This document shows, one piece after another, positions 63,801 to 64,000 of a stretch of 64,000 nt of DNA. Below the pieces are notes generated by a model, which was given only the letters and a program-made list of their open reading frames with translations, ran no database searches and had not been told where the DNA came from. A program made the translations under genes and the position numbers. This DNA is from an uncultured archaeon (lineage in GTDB: Archaea; Aenigmatarchaeota; Aenigmatarchaeia; QMZP01), in assembly GCA_964484305.1 (NCBI GenBank), contig CAZAEI010000001.1:26936-90935 (forward strand), given 5' to 3'. The first letter of the stretch is position 1; each line of letters begins with the position of its first letter.

Positions 63801-64000
63801 TACTCTGTTAATCCCGGCGTTAGCATGGCCTGGAGGATATATGCGAACGACACGTCAGGCAACCTCAACGCCACGGATATCATGAGCCTCGATGTGTGGG
63901 GATATGCCAATGTAAGCATAGGTTTGGATGCGGGGAGCGTCCTGAAGAACGACCCTCTTGCTGTCTCTTGCCTTGTCAGGGATTCGAACACAAGCCAGGA
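36885..64000 (+). CDS. giant secreted/surface repeat glycoprotein, 5' part only (>9,000 codons, open to window end)
   Basis: - **Open frame.** Frame 0 opens after the tga at 36879-36881 and is then free of stops to position 64000. It was checked codon by codon from 36885 to about 41010, and the remainder was read in triplets with conserved motifs recurring in frame.
- **Start.** The ATG at 36885 has an AGGAGG 7 nt upstream. The ATG at 36933 begins a classic signal peptide, MKSSLKSSAGIIGLLSLILAVGCVWLLVVNTAVSQ.
- **ORF track.** The supplied track contains no plus-strand ORF in this frame anywhere in 37-64 kb, and all minus-strand entries there are short antisense fragments.
- **Product.** An acidic, Asn/Ser/Thr/Trp/Tyr-rich, sequon-dense protein built from repeated modules. 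Confidence 0.85.
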   Translation, partial: MAALELSPGTATPGRRMKSSLKSSAGIIGLLSLILAVGCVWLLVVNTAVSQKGVEIVTDKEAYKQGEVVSAFISGPANISFSLDIFEPDNQSIFQLRNESLNEEGEFNLYIMAYEKPGMYEIIVWNENLALSCTFDVLRPEGMWGVNGSGNQTPENKTSGEINITLDMGNQTDNETGQENQGVVDIIKQVLEIPENRSLTAGIQETVNLSETDSNESLSECFRENVTGPVDNASLEVNLTLDESVVLRSESLEELVQGEAFVGRPVRWVKKIMMPVPSNIKVEIPEHAFNVSVSRVAGGMRQRIEEQGLKRVHDTLELDNATEVEVEYFTEPPQVMEDVISQYRKRITVYSDMHYENVLAWTEIEEFPEDSISLYWFRDGERELVGSVDYIDSNGNGMIDRLEWVVPHLSNQTYEVDIAILNVQSYPSLYGNWTVMFSTTGQANLTITAVNGTSWSDSVGDNEMMFLEIRCGDEVLEYEWIDNGPYNSSVFIEDYSCNETGHETSMVLDAGKHMLEFRFGNLVGYAYNSLGSPVFETYSEAGSPGNVYSVDVDPPSGTEGGDLLLAVFTHDSTSGTLSSPGDWTDLMSSTSTDGSTFLISYKVAGSDETGPYTFSSTDTDQLAVGVARFSNVDPSNPINCQSSVSIGNSNAPQALACTTNMDETLVVRMMAADDDDYGTPGNYPGGHTGAFTVQSTGSSGETHCAMAYTDQALAGSTGTASFSMSAREQWGTLTVALTPIDVTPPNITDARFEQTLVIMNDAILFNVSVDDNKSSVDKVIATFRYPNDTRVNVTMNHDSGPQPPWDSTDMESKERQAKAMDSTMAEANYDFSTGGGTDKFGWSHNNVDAGESVPPFQSISPWNYVYTQMYSEAGYAALGSMDQSFYACIDPGFGDYSVLALDFIGIAEDPSDINEINISWIGYRQTSNYMKVMLRNQTEGSWDYTEWDITSTSSPGEYHEWVLSGEDFEKYVVDGRLLMMLTVDDETNQQFWTDFVNLNVSYGKPGVDDDGNSSWREYSFTSADDFDKITAIEIQTEVSYYDPRGSYTGGSSLPDLEVQAWDGDSYEPVFLYDISSLMGDETYNTTDTNFTENITDSAIMDAWETADNRRIRIRGVYMDMNGGYNDTMNWTGVWATIHYENTSGYFLYNWADTASLGIYNVTDIYANDTYNNVNHTTYTDLYFEVVTAPPIWRNQGTSEIEDTIELGDSMTLYAQGSDDFGLWEAILATDESGEWVNHSGVYGSPMNLGNVTDWVWSNFTWNNASFPTGATISWRIWYKDNTSNWNATNILTFDIVDTTPPGYQYDSDNSSGAASEKDTVSASAYWSDVGDLDYAILRSNESGGWVNTSYYGFGENPEYSNFSIDTTGHPDETICWVIWANDTSGNLNDSMSQHCFDVRDTAPPEYECDSDDSGGSVDEEVNVKASAYWDDSLDLDYAILRSNETSSWLNTSEYDFFLTPDYSNFTIGTSGHPGETICWVIWANDTSGNLNDSMSQHCFDVNDVSPPTYMYDQDDSGGAVDDGETVGVSAYWDDNLELETAMLRSNETGGWVNTSGYEFTGTPQYSNFSIDSSDHPGETICWVIWANDTSGNLNESMEQHCFFVNDITPPSYLYDLDNSSGSVDDGETVQASAYWDDDVELDSAVLRSNETGSWVNTSYYGFGSTPGYSNFSIDNSGHPGETICWVIWANDTSSNLNVSMGQHCFDVRDVTPPTYLYDQDDSGGLATEGQVVQVSAYWDDDLELESAVLRSNETGGWLNTSYYGFTGKPQYSNFSIDSSGHPGETICWIIWANDTSGNLNGSMGQHCFYVNKPPQINSAEFNQTTINQYESVLLTVNVTDPDGVSMVIATFQYPDLSTVNTTLSQDAGDNYTYEWIDTSLAGNYNVTIVYANDGFDSWNSTIYTTLGFDVVGDAPPTSTLNVPDNGNITRTTTTVVFNCSGYDEVNLINVTLWGDWLGWHANETNTSGYDDADYMFTKTIPDGDYVWNCYVCDSLDQCSFAPENYTFSVNRYPYYENDVDNSSGAVDDGEAVGASAYWYDPYGDLDTAILRSNETGSWVNSSYYGFSSTPEYSNFTIDTTGNPNETICWVIWVNDTVGNLNSSMGQHCFFVNDVNSPQFSSAQTNHTSVTKGAVLLEMTVNDDVSVNSVLFDINSTNYSYSGVSGDVYEYYFDCQVFGSGTWHWNATWAIDGSGNQNYTMGEGLPQWFECDADAPSVGGEQVDVGASNSVVRLNLTVTDNFGVDTVVFELDETGAGLGVNNYTQTGSSGDEWYLVYDCTSTGTVYWNGVYANDTAGNYDSNLSVGLSFYCDLDEPGWSGQGQNSSNPVAGEDVSVHAYWTDNYLLGSALLETNRSGSRVNESYLSLSGAGDWSNFTVDTTGHDGKTVAWRIYANDTFGNLNATDDMSFDVRHASTSGILYQNESADVTGITQTDYKHYNITLEFNNTGNEFAYSASLSLSLPGGWSAYPAVHECSDVGSGQACGQDFNVTVPAGTGPGDYYVYGYANWSNPDSSKGSAENDTVFSVESNPVLEVPETGLSDTVSHNNEEVVGSFTANSTGNDNVVGIEFNCTGGNLSYDWVEYDPVNITNLAAGYEQSVEVSVTVPAGQAPGEYGCVINVSSANGGQDSLNLNTTVPVDDSWTRSPATCSKSAAVNSTGTVCQVVIQNTGNVLLNVTIEPVGMTNYTNASKSMFLVDAQGSDSFNINYNTTGGVVGYENVTTYNISVNGTPYYQLTEVTLIITQVPWWNSEWTHRKQILISESMNVERVNDVIMVNVTDLDGKISSCENEIRVISIETGENVEVTRQILDGDDSSWCYVVFLGNVSASASDEKQYYVYYNNSQASAPSYADPMDSYTDSGGWYMFSGLIEWNYSWSGGRGGGPMRSRITTPEGQEVLSSTTYDDDSFQNTDTFISFTTDVDGPVFKQFTLTSSLRGTQVMKVYAYQNWYEINNTYTCASGCGDYHIVGIGGTDTTGRGWYDFSSTTGTGEQTATNFFFVDDGANNWGVGVAVSGVPDQPFDSGTASDLDFHTSVDGWYINNDPYTGGYPFWIFTTDYGTTGSNTTATKVKNPPSASEGGEERLIIPEIESIRVYNVTGLGDTHSGGSLVVSGLNESYNVTLNETGHGYYRVEINVSVSADWNISVLTRAYHEGLDSGWQVASNDIWYSMGAGDYTGGTLSAGKVTWDTVQDGSVEAGGHVTFYYVLNASGVPGQAGVHFVINETNYERANGLSVDGDCSTFMVEDVNSPLWRYQGSNATVLEAGSSILLYAQARDYVGLDYAVLVTNESGSWVNQSGVYDSPMDMQDAVAWVWSNFTWQNSSVADGTVVGWKVWYNDTSGNLNSTDESTFLVISPPKWSDNRTYPLSPATYAPGQAYMFNITWTGYGIDDVTFEFDGVNYTYKSGQVSKDGDEYYITLTDLSVGSYSYRWYANNTAAQWNSTDQSTYYVEKSSTSIGLLLNGSSDRTYHYGETANLTADLDVSGKDIDIWTNLSGSYELWDSGPGPLENITVLGYGLGYYNVTANFSGDDNYTASYDSHTLTLIGWSSISWDSPDGGTGTPGDVIELGCLVSDANTSSLIGNYPVTFYNVTGSGESEIGVNYTNSSGQAVWYWDTSGLPAGAYYPKCNITDNETLLYNETDENEGNTTYYLVTLGTPVLTVETPDLLIGKGNPGDNATVSCSIDCSGGSCLGLQLGLQYENASGWHWIGNDGNLEINHTNPKDCGDAPSCSDTWDIFGKVNGSFNLRCNATASTPLESNINSGSNVLEIYTGSLSIESWTPASSPYDLSIYDAFDIDPVIRCTAPEGTRAGCGDVLMYARTNQTGSPATDPISGSTDIRLESGSVEQYYGSQYPGSDGGYYEIPFSAITVNMTVGGDAGGTARLYDVKVNSSDADVDEVDPSDRVAVGHTGQITIEMYDVSSTIDEGFDIIYNISCSGYRCLDVELWARYNATGSDADTLAPVSPSPAVFNVSQQPVRTLSMSAGESQIAMTISAGAGSSPGEWKIDLFGNSSYAETADEDPTDGVLKLTSVSITADLASLSPSNIMEGGNSAASGYCECAGACTNTVIYVQFSDGDWKNIPTDISEELSSNVTSYFIGSLSGTSGTYEFNLTGLVGGNYSVRVRCDSTDDADNSYNITLELDDYPDFSGFAVNSSLLYSGQAARFNVSIQDEAGVTYANFTINGVTYDAVQGSGNEWYYDWVCSASDADVDWTYAGANDTEGYWNDTSVISVSTECDAQAPTITGPVINDSSTVNLGTWVRVNASISDPEGHLNTVLLMVDRPTSSDYNITPNVNGDEYYYEFELDETGQWRFEFFANDTGNQVSTDYAEDGLSNEYIDVQDIESPVISGEQVNTSVSNGWVRLNVTATDNVGVDTVVFELDETGVGLGVNNYTQTGSSGDEWYYEYQCTASGTAYWNEVYANDSAGNYDSNMSVGLSFYCDMDEPEWSGQGQNESNPVSGDAVSVYSYWTDNNELESAVLKTNSSGSWVNESYLGLSGASGWSNFTVDATGHDSETIAWRIYVNDTAGNLNVTADMSFNVRYASTSGILYQNESVDVSGITQSASMDYNITLEFNNTGNEVAYSTELSLSLPSGWSAYPSLYACGDVESGQSCKQDFNVTVPAGTSPGDYYVYGYANWTNPDSSLGSAENQTTFSVESSPILDVPETGLADTVSHGTEETVGTFTANSTGNDDVTGIEFNCTDGNLSYEWVEYEPVNITTLGAGSEQAVQVNVTVPAGQVPGEYSCVINVSSANGGQDGLNLNVTVPVDDSWTRSPATCSKSVTVNETGLVCQVVTENTGNVLLNATIEPVGMTNYTNASETMLLIGAQGSDSFNINYNTTGGFVGYENVTTYNISVNGTPYYQTVEVTLRIVKPIWWNSYWNYKQRLNITNSNDTDTLIENYTINLALDTASLVSLGKLMVNGSDLRIVYYNGSEYTELDRINTTPFNTASTTILFRLQKNVSAGDSDTSYYVYYGNPAASDPPTEESNIYALWRDFDSDTVDQQPPGWSLAEDVTALNVRDEGCYSPSQSLDIDASANTYAWITSPGLYGNDYIMEARVNYTASNTRHGIAGRASSSGTYALILYTGGVPAPGLRLSRISYTGGENVIVTDTTTSPYDNIWYNVKLLMYGTSIKGKFWNVTESEPSGWQVDETDSNIASGSVGVYSYSNDDGYIDDLSVRYYLEPEPTASFLGEERLIIPEIESIRVYNVTGLGDTHSGGSLVVSGLNESYNVTLNETGHGYYRIEINISVSADWNLSVLTKAYHEGLDSGWEVDTTNDVWYSMGAGDYTGGTLSAGKVTWDTVQDGSVDAGGHVTFYYVLNATGVPGEEGVHFVINEANYERANGLSVDDDYSTIRVDDVTPPTYLYDGDNSSGSVNDGETVEASAYWDDGVGLDYATLSSNETGSWVNSSYYDFVGTPGYSNFSIDSSGHPGETICWVIWANDTSGNLNGSMGQHCFDVNDVTPPYYQYDQDDLSGAVDDGETVDVSAYWDDATSSLSTAVMRSNETGSWVNTSYFQFTGKPQYSNFSVDSSGHPGETICWVIWANDTSGNLNGCMGQHCFDVSDVTPPYYIYDQDDSSGVVDDGDTVQVSAYWDDAISSLDSAVLRSNETGSWVNSSYYDFVGTPGYSNFSIDSSGHPGETICWVIWANDTSGNLNGSMGQHCFDVNDVTPPSYLYDQDNSSGAVDDGGTVEVSAYWNDDVELESAVLRSNETGSWVNTSYYDFVGTPEYSNFSIDTTGHPNETICWVIWANDTSGNLNSSMGQHCFDVRDDTPPQFMDAQTNYTSITNQALELNITVTDDIGVSGVWFDINGTNYSYDSSSGDYYYYYFDCQVFGSGMWHWNATWTDDVSGNLNYTMGEGLPQWFECDVDYPYYSQDVDNSSGSVQIGEIVNMSAYWQDGYGSLDTALLRTNQTGSWTDEQDYSFASTPEQVMFMFDTTGHLDETICWVIWSNDTVGNLNNSMGQHCFDVGDSIPPTYMYDQDNSSGLLTEGYSVEASAYWNDNLELETAVLRSNETGSWVNSSYYDFVGTPGYSNFSVDSTEHAGQTVCWVIWANDTSGNLNSSMGQHCFDVNKPPQINSAEFNQTTINQYESVLLTVNVTDSDGVSMVIATFQYPDLGTLNVTLSHDVGDNYTYEWTDTSVAGTYNVTVVYANDTFDRWNSSIYTSLSFEVVGDAPPTSTLNAPANGNITRTTTTVVFNCSGYDEVDLVNVSLYGNWSGGWHENETNTSGYDASDYMFTKTIPDGDYVWNCYVCDSIGQCSFAPENYTFSVNRYPYYENDADNSSGAVNDGETVEASAYWDDPHGDLDTAILRSNETGSWVNTSYYGFGSTPEYSNFTIDTTGHPNETICWVIWVNDTIGNFNSSMGQHCFDVSDVSPPYYVYDEDNSSGAVDDGETVEASAYWDDDVELESAVLRSNETGSWVNSSYFDFTGKPQYSNFSVDSSGHPGETICWVIWANDTSGNLNGSMEQHCFDVGDVSPPSYLYDQDNSSGAVDDGETVEASAYWDDDVELESAVLRSNETGSWVNTSYYGFGSTPDYSNFSIDSTDHPGETICWVIWANDTSGNLNSSIGQHCFDVSDVTPPAYLYDQDDSGGAVDDGDTMQVSAYWNDDLELDSAVLRSNETGSWVNSSYFQFAGAPQYSNFSVDSTGHFGETVCWVIWANDTSGNLNSSMGQHCFDVVDNTPPVYQYDGDDSSGEIESGDAVEVSAYWNDTASGLGTAALRTNESGSWAARDYHPFSAAPEYSNFTMQITDHVDETICWVIWANDTVGNLNDSMGQHCFDVADTTPPVWSQNSTDSTVADSLVEHRLYWEDAGGLAGYIFSFDNCIGSFVNDSWIPMTGPANWSNVTKYISDTVGCTVRWRVYANDTKGQWNDTGIISYQTTEDNPPYWYDNSTNSSLAGRAIQHSVKWTEDSELSGYIFSWHNGANWTLESDKEVGTGTIQIRLNVTENVDVPTSCRDGSYGSGQNYELYSRWTTPDSGEVTVSGLRFYDSEASLSSSESIEVALYNESGDRITEIVIITGTGSQEWLTGKLSTTVNITLGENYTIGVGPSGGSSYAIGRDTSADCSNYPPTGAGSLYESASGGLNDQVPGSQHSDKFSFWGIEYEVPEKDGNTTYSTYQDVDSDHERVLNITVKIEIDSYNPEASVNQSTGDPDLEVEFYDGTGFVSIGVLNLNESYTGDTLNTTNANFTLTTTDSSIMEAWETADNQDLRIRGIYMDSVNSTLYDEINYTNVWVTIYHEQEFLNDSWMEMTGQVNWSNVTKVVNSTVGATIKWIVYANDTTDNWNATDVFVYITIEDTEPPYYLYDQDNSSGSVVVGDTVLASTLWNDSINENSLSTAILRTNKTGSFVNESYYSFSTKPEYSNFSINSTGHFGETICWVIWANDTSGNLNSSMVERCFNVVDIEAPAWYQNQTSIVSVYSPSQLSLFNITWVDEATSVHTVYIEGNWSGSPGNYTMYMEGDGVYQHNLTLHAGSFYWRSWANDSAGNLNVSDTWEFTVSKADILVWLFLNGTEGDFGMTYGETSNASTYSSAGTVQLWRNGSQVGNPEVEVLGAGYWEYHANATGDQNYTDNSSGVTYYLTVDQAASSAELYVNGSRDNMAQGYGDSVNVSGYCDYGSVSLWRNESSVANPYRDVLGAGYWNFTAYCSGDGNHTGSTEQWFVTVNRASMPLYLYINDSADNVTLTYGNTTNVSGYKEYVEGSLELLLNGSAGSNPDIDNLGTGYWNYTLVFDKTQNYTANSTSLFITMKKRASQATLTLLPESPVAYDTSTTATCEVTNPEAAGILWRNGTDVSGENGTAVTLGAGYWEYVCNVSETGNYTSAEDSSGYTVNTASCGIELYLNSGAVNQDNTIIYGTDANATAYINFTQSVWHLERNGSVVDSGTGSMLQEIEGLGTGYWNYTAFWDGNENCTSCLEMSFLTVQKAVSGTEVYINGSRDNLTQTYGESVNVTAYCDYGSISLWRNDTEIGSPYGDVLGAGYWNFTAYCSGDGNHTGSTEQWFVTVEKGTTWIGLEVSPEGPVTYETQSTATCQVNNTEVSAVLWRNGTDVSGENGSAVTLGAGGWEYVCNCSETQNYTAASNTSYYVVDKYQKAVGFYLNGSQDNLSIDYPDSVNASAYTDRGSVTLLMNGSSVGNPYEEVMTAGYTYNFTAVSDGDDNYTVDTETFFLDVNQASSEIVLMLNGSSDDIYIIGDETVNHTAYLNASGTIYMYMNDSLMQSGSSPLVNISDYPDVGTFNISVNYSGDVNHTGAFDFHLVNVVSGDVKPPEIEIESPLNGSYHNITSVYANVTTDETVDWCGYSLDGQDDVSMNNDYGDHWTDLLTSLSDGEHNLTFWCNDTVGNMNWTESIFFVDLTEPFVEVLYPENVSYPEDMGVINYSFSDSLGGCGWSAYSLNSGSNVSLGCGNYSGSALGSQQGLNNLTVWARDEAWNLNHSLVFYTYDSVPPQYSGLKENVSNQSKYAPVRTYQFNVTWSDAVSWVDTVLINWDGVNYTSSYNTSTKWVFEIDSLAAGEHSYYWFANDSLGNANQTGTFTYDVVKADNAIWLYLNGSGQNITAVYGESVNASAYAEQGLVELYRNDTPVSNPEEEVLHVGVHIYRAYAPGNQNYSSNETVLNVTVEKATTEIDLVLSPGSPVTYGVQSTATCQVNNTEVSAVLWRNGTDVSGENGTGVTLGAGGWEYVCNCSETQNYTAASNTSYYAVSQADILVWLFLNGSEGNFGIGYGETSNASAYTDFGTVELWRNGTQVGNPEVETLGAGLWVYIANTTGDDNHTANESVWNLTVSKIASAMTLLLNGTDGDFNAYTYDFINITVYMNHDGSISLYSNRSLADSGQSPLVNISRYTDAGKLNITANYSGDGNHTPAEAWHILNISSETVAPLWYDQNQTSGGVYVSVLFRGESANLSASWSNAALDTAWLETNETGTWENKSAYGSPKEITGEVNESVFQWSNYSVNPGVSMAWRIYANDTSGNLNATDIMSLDVWGYANVSIGLDAGSVLKNDPLAVSCLVRDSNTSQ
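40776..42320 (+). repeat. tandem array A1: five 309-bp (103-aa) coding repeats inside the giant ORF
   Basis: The unit is xPPxYxYDxDxSSGxVDDGETVxASAYWDDxLELxSAxLRSNETGSWVNTSYYxFxxTPxYSNFSIDSxGHPGETICWVIWANDTSGNLNxSMxQHCFDVxD. TGC/TGT codons of the CWVIW motif sit at 41007, 41316, 41625, 41934 and 42243. Copies are roughly 75-85 % identical. A sixth copy lies at about 42900-43210. Confidence 0.8.
46120..46600 (+). repeat. ~480-bp near-identical intragenic duplicate (partner at 52483-52960)
   Basis: The first ~170 nt are identical, starting gaggaaaggctcatcatccctgagatagaatcgataagggtgtacaacgtgaccggactgggtgacactcattcaggagggagtctggtggtgtctggcctgaacgag. Identity then drops to about 90 %. The offset of 6363 nt is a multiple of 3. 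Confidence 0.85.
52483..52960 (+). repeat. partner copy of the 46120-46600 near-identical duplicate
   Basis: See the 46120-46600 feature. It encodes GEERLIIPEIESIRVYNVTGLGDTHSGGSLVVSGLNESYNVTLNETGHGYY... Confidence 0.85.
52975..54215 (+). repeat. tandem array A2: four 309-312-bp copies of the 103-aa module
   Basis: CWVIW codons sit at 53208, 53520, 53832 and 54141. Two more copies follow at about 54500-55130. Confidence 0.8.
55740..57275 (+). repeat. tandem array A3: five further copies of the 103-aa module
   Basis: CWVIW codons sit at 55962, 56271, 56580, 56889 and 57201. Divergent relatives of the module follow up to about 57.8 kb, and one more canonical copy lies at about 58840-59150. 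Confidence 0.8.
59400..63500 (+). repeat. second repeat family (~75-85-aa 'LxLNGS...YGESVNxSAY...LWRNG...NP...LGAGYWNYTA...GDxNYT' modules) in the C-terminal-ward part of the giant ORF
   Basis: Near-identical pairs are visible:
- 59780-59940 with 60800-60960
- 60990-61200 with 62840-63050
- 59440-59600 with 63055-63210 (about 80 % identity). Confidence 0.7.

Noticed and set aside
37000-64000. About 35 minus-strand ORFs of 60-296 aa listed by the track across the giant gene (e.g. 41874..42764, 51528..52100, 38682..38993) and 16 short plus-strand ORFs in frames 1 and 2
   Set aside because: All lie antisense to, or out of frame with, a continuously open frame-0 reading frame that shows protein-like repeat conservation. 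Several merely mirror the internal repeats. They are shadow ORFs.

Overview
This window is an archaeal chromosomal segment of roughly 55 % GC. The archaeal assignment rests on Dph2, RNA polymerase subunit L, an AglB/STT3 oligosaccharyltransferase, an archaeal-size triosephosphate isomerase, the bifunctional FBP aldolase/phosphatase and SecDF. 

The first 36 kb hold ordinary housekeeping and central-metabolism genes: a SIMPL-family protein, dph2, a CNNM/CorC transporter, HMG-CoA reductase, a PGM/PMM-family mutase, rpoL, aglB, an acidic sequon-dense 1111-aa surface (S-layer-like) glycoprotein and secDF. Next come a geranylgeranyl-reductase-family flavoprotein and a gluconeogenic set (GAPN-like aldehyde dehydrogenase, fbp, ppsA, tpiA). 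A ParA ATPase with a tiny winged-helix partner follows. Last is a glycogen cluster containing two unrelated glycogen synthases (GT4/5-type and eukaryote-like GT3), a GH57 hydrolase, a debranching enzyme, a PfkB kinase and an ATP-grasp protein.

The main observation is that positions 36885 to 64000, more than 27 kb, form one uninterrupted plus-strand reading frame of more than 9,000 codons. It begins with a signal-peptide-like N-terminus, runs off the end of the window, and is missing from the supplied ORF track. Every minus-strand ORF listed across that span is an antisense shadow. 

This giant gene encodes an acidic, Asn-x-Ser/Thr-dense mosaic built from:
- at least 18 canonical copies, plus divergent relatives, of a 103-aa two-cysteine module arranged in three tandem arrays;
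- two DUF2341-like plus LamG-like modules;
- a distinct roughly 80-aa repeat family toward the C-terminal side;
- kilobase-scale internal segmental duplications, some near-identical.

A 75-aa winged-helix regulator gene immediately precedes it and overlaps its start. 

Other points worth a second look:
- an array of six short perfect hairpins upstream of hmgA;
- a roughly 1-kb AT-rich islet carrying two overlapping orphan ORFs between the surface glycoprotein and secD;
- a second AT-rich patch carrying a PPOX-like gene;
- a 45-bp in-frame tandem duplication at the 5' end of aglB;
- a possible MFS-transporter gene remnant.

No rRNA, tRNA or CRISPR arrays were seen. All calls come from reading the sequence by eye; no searches were run.
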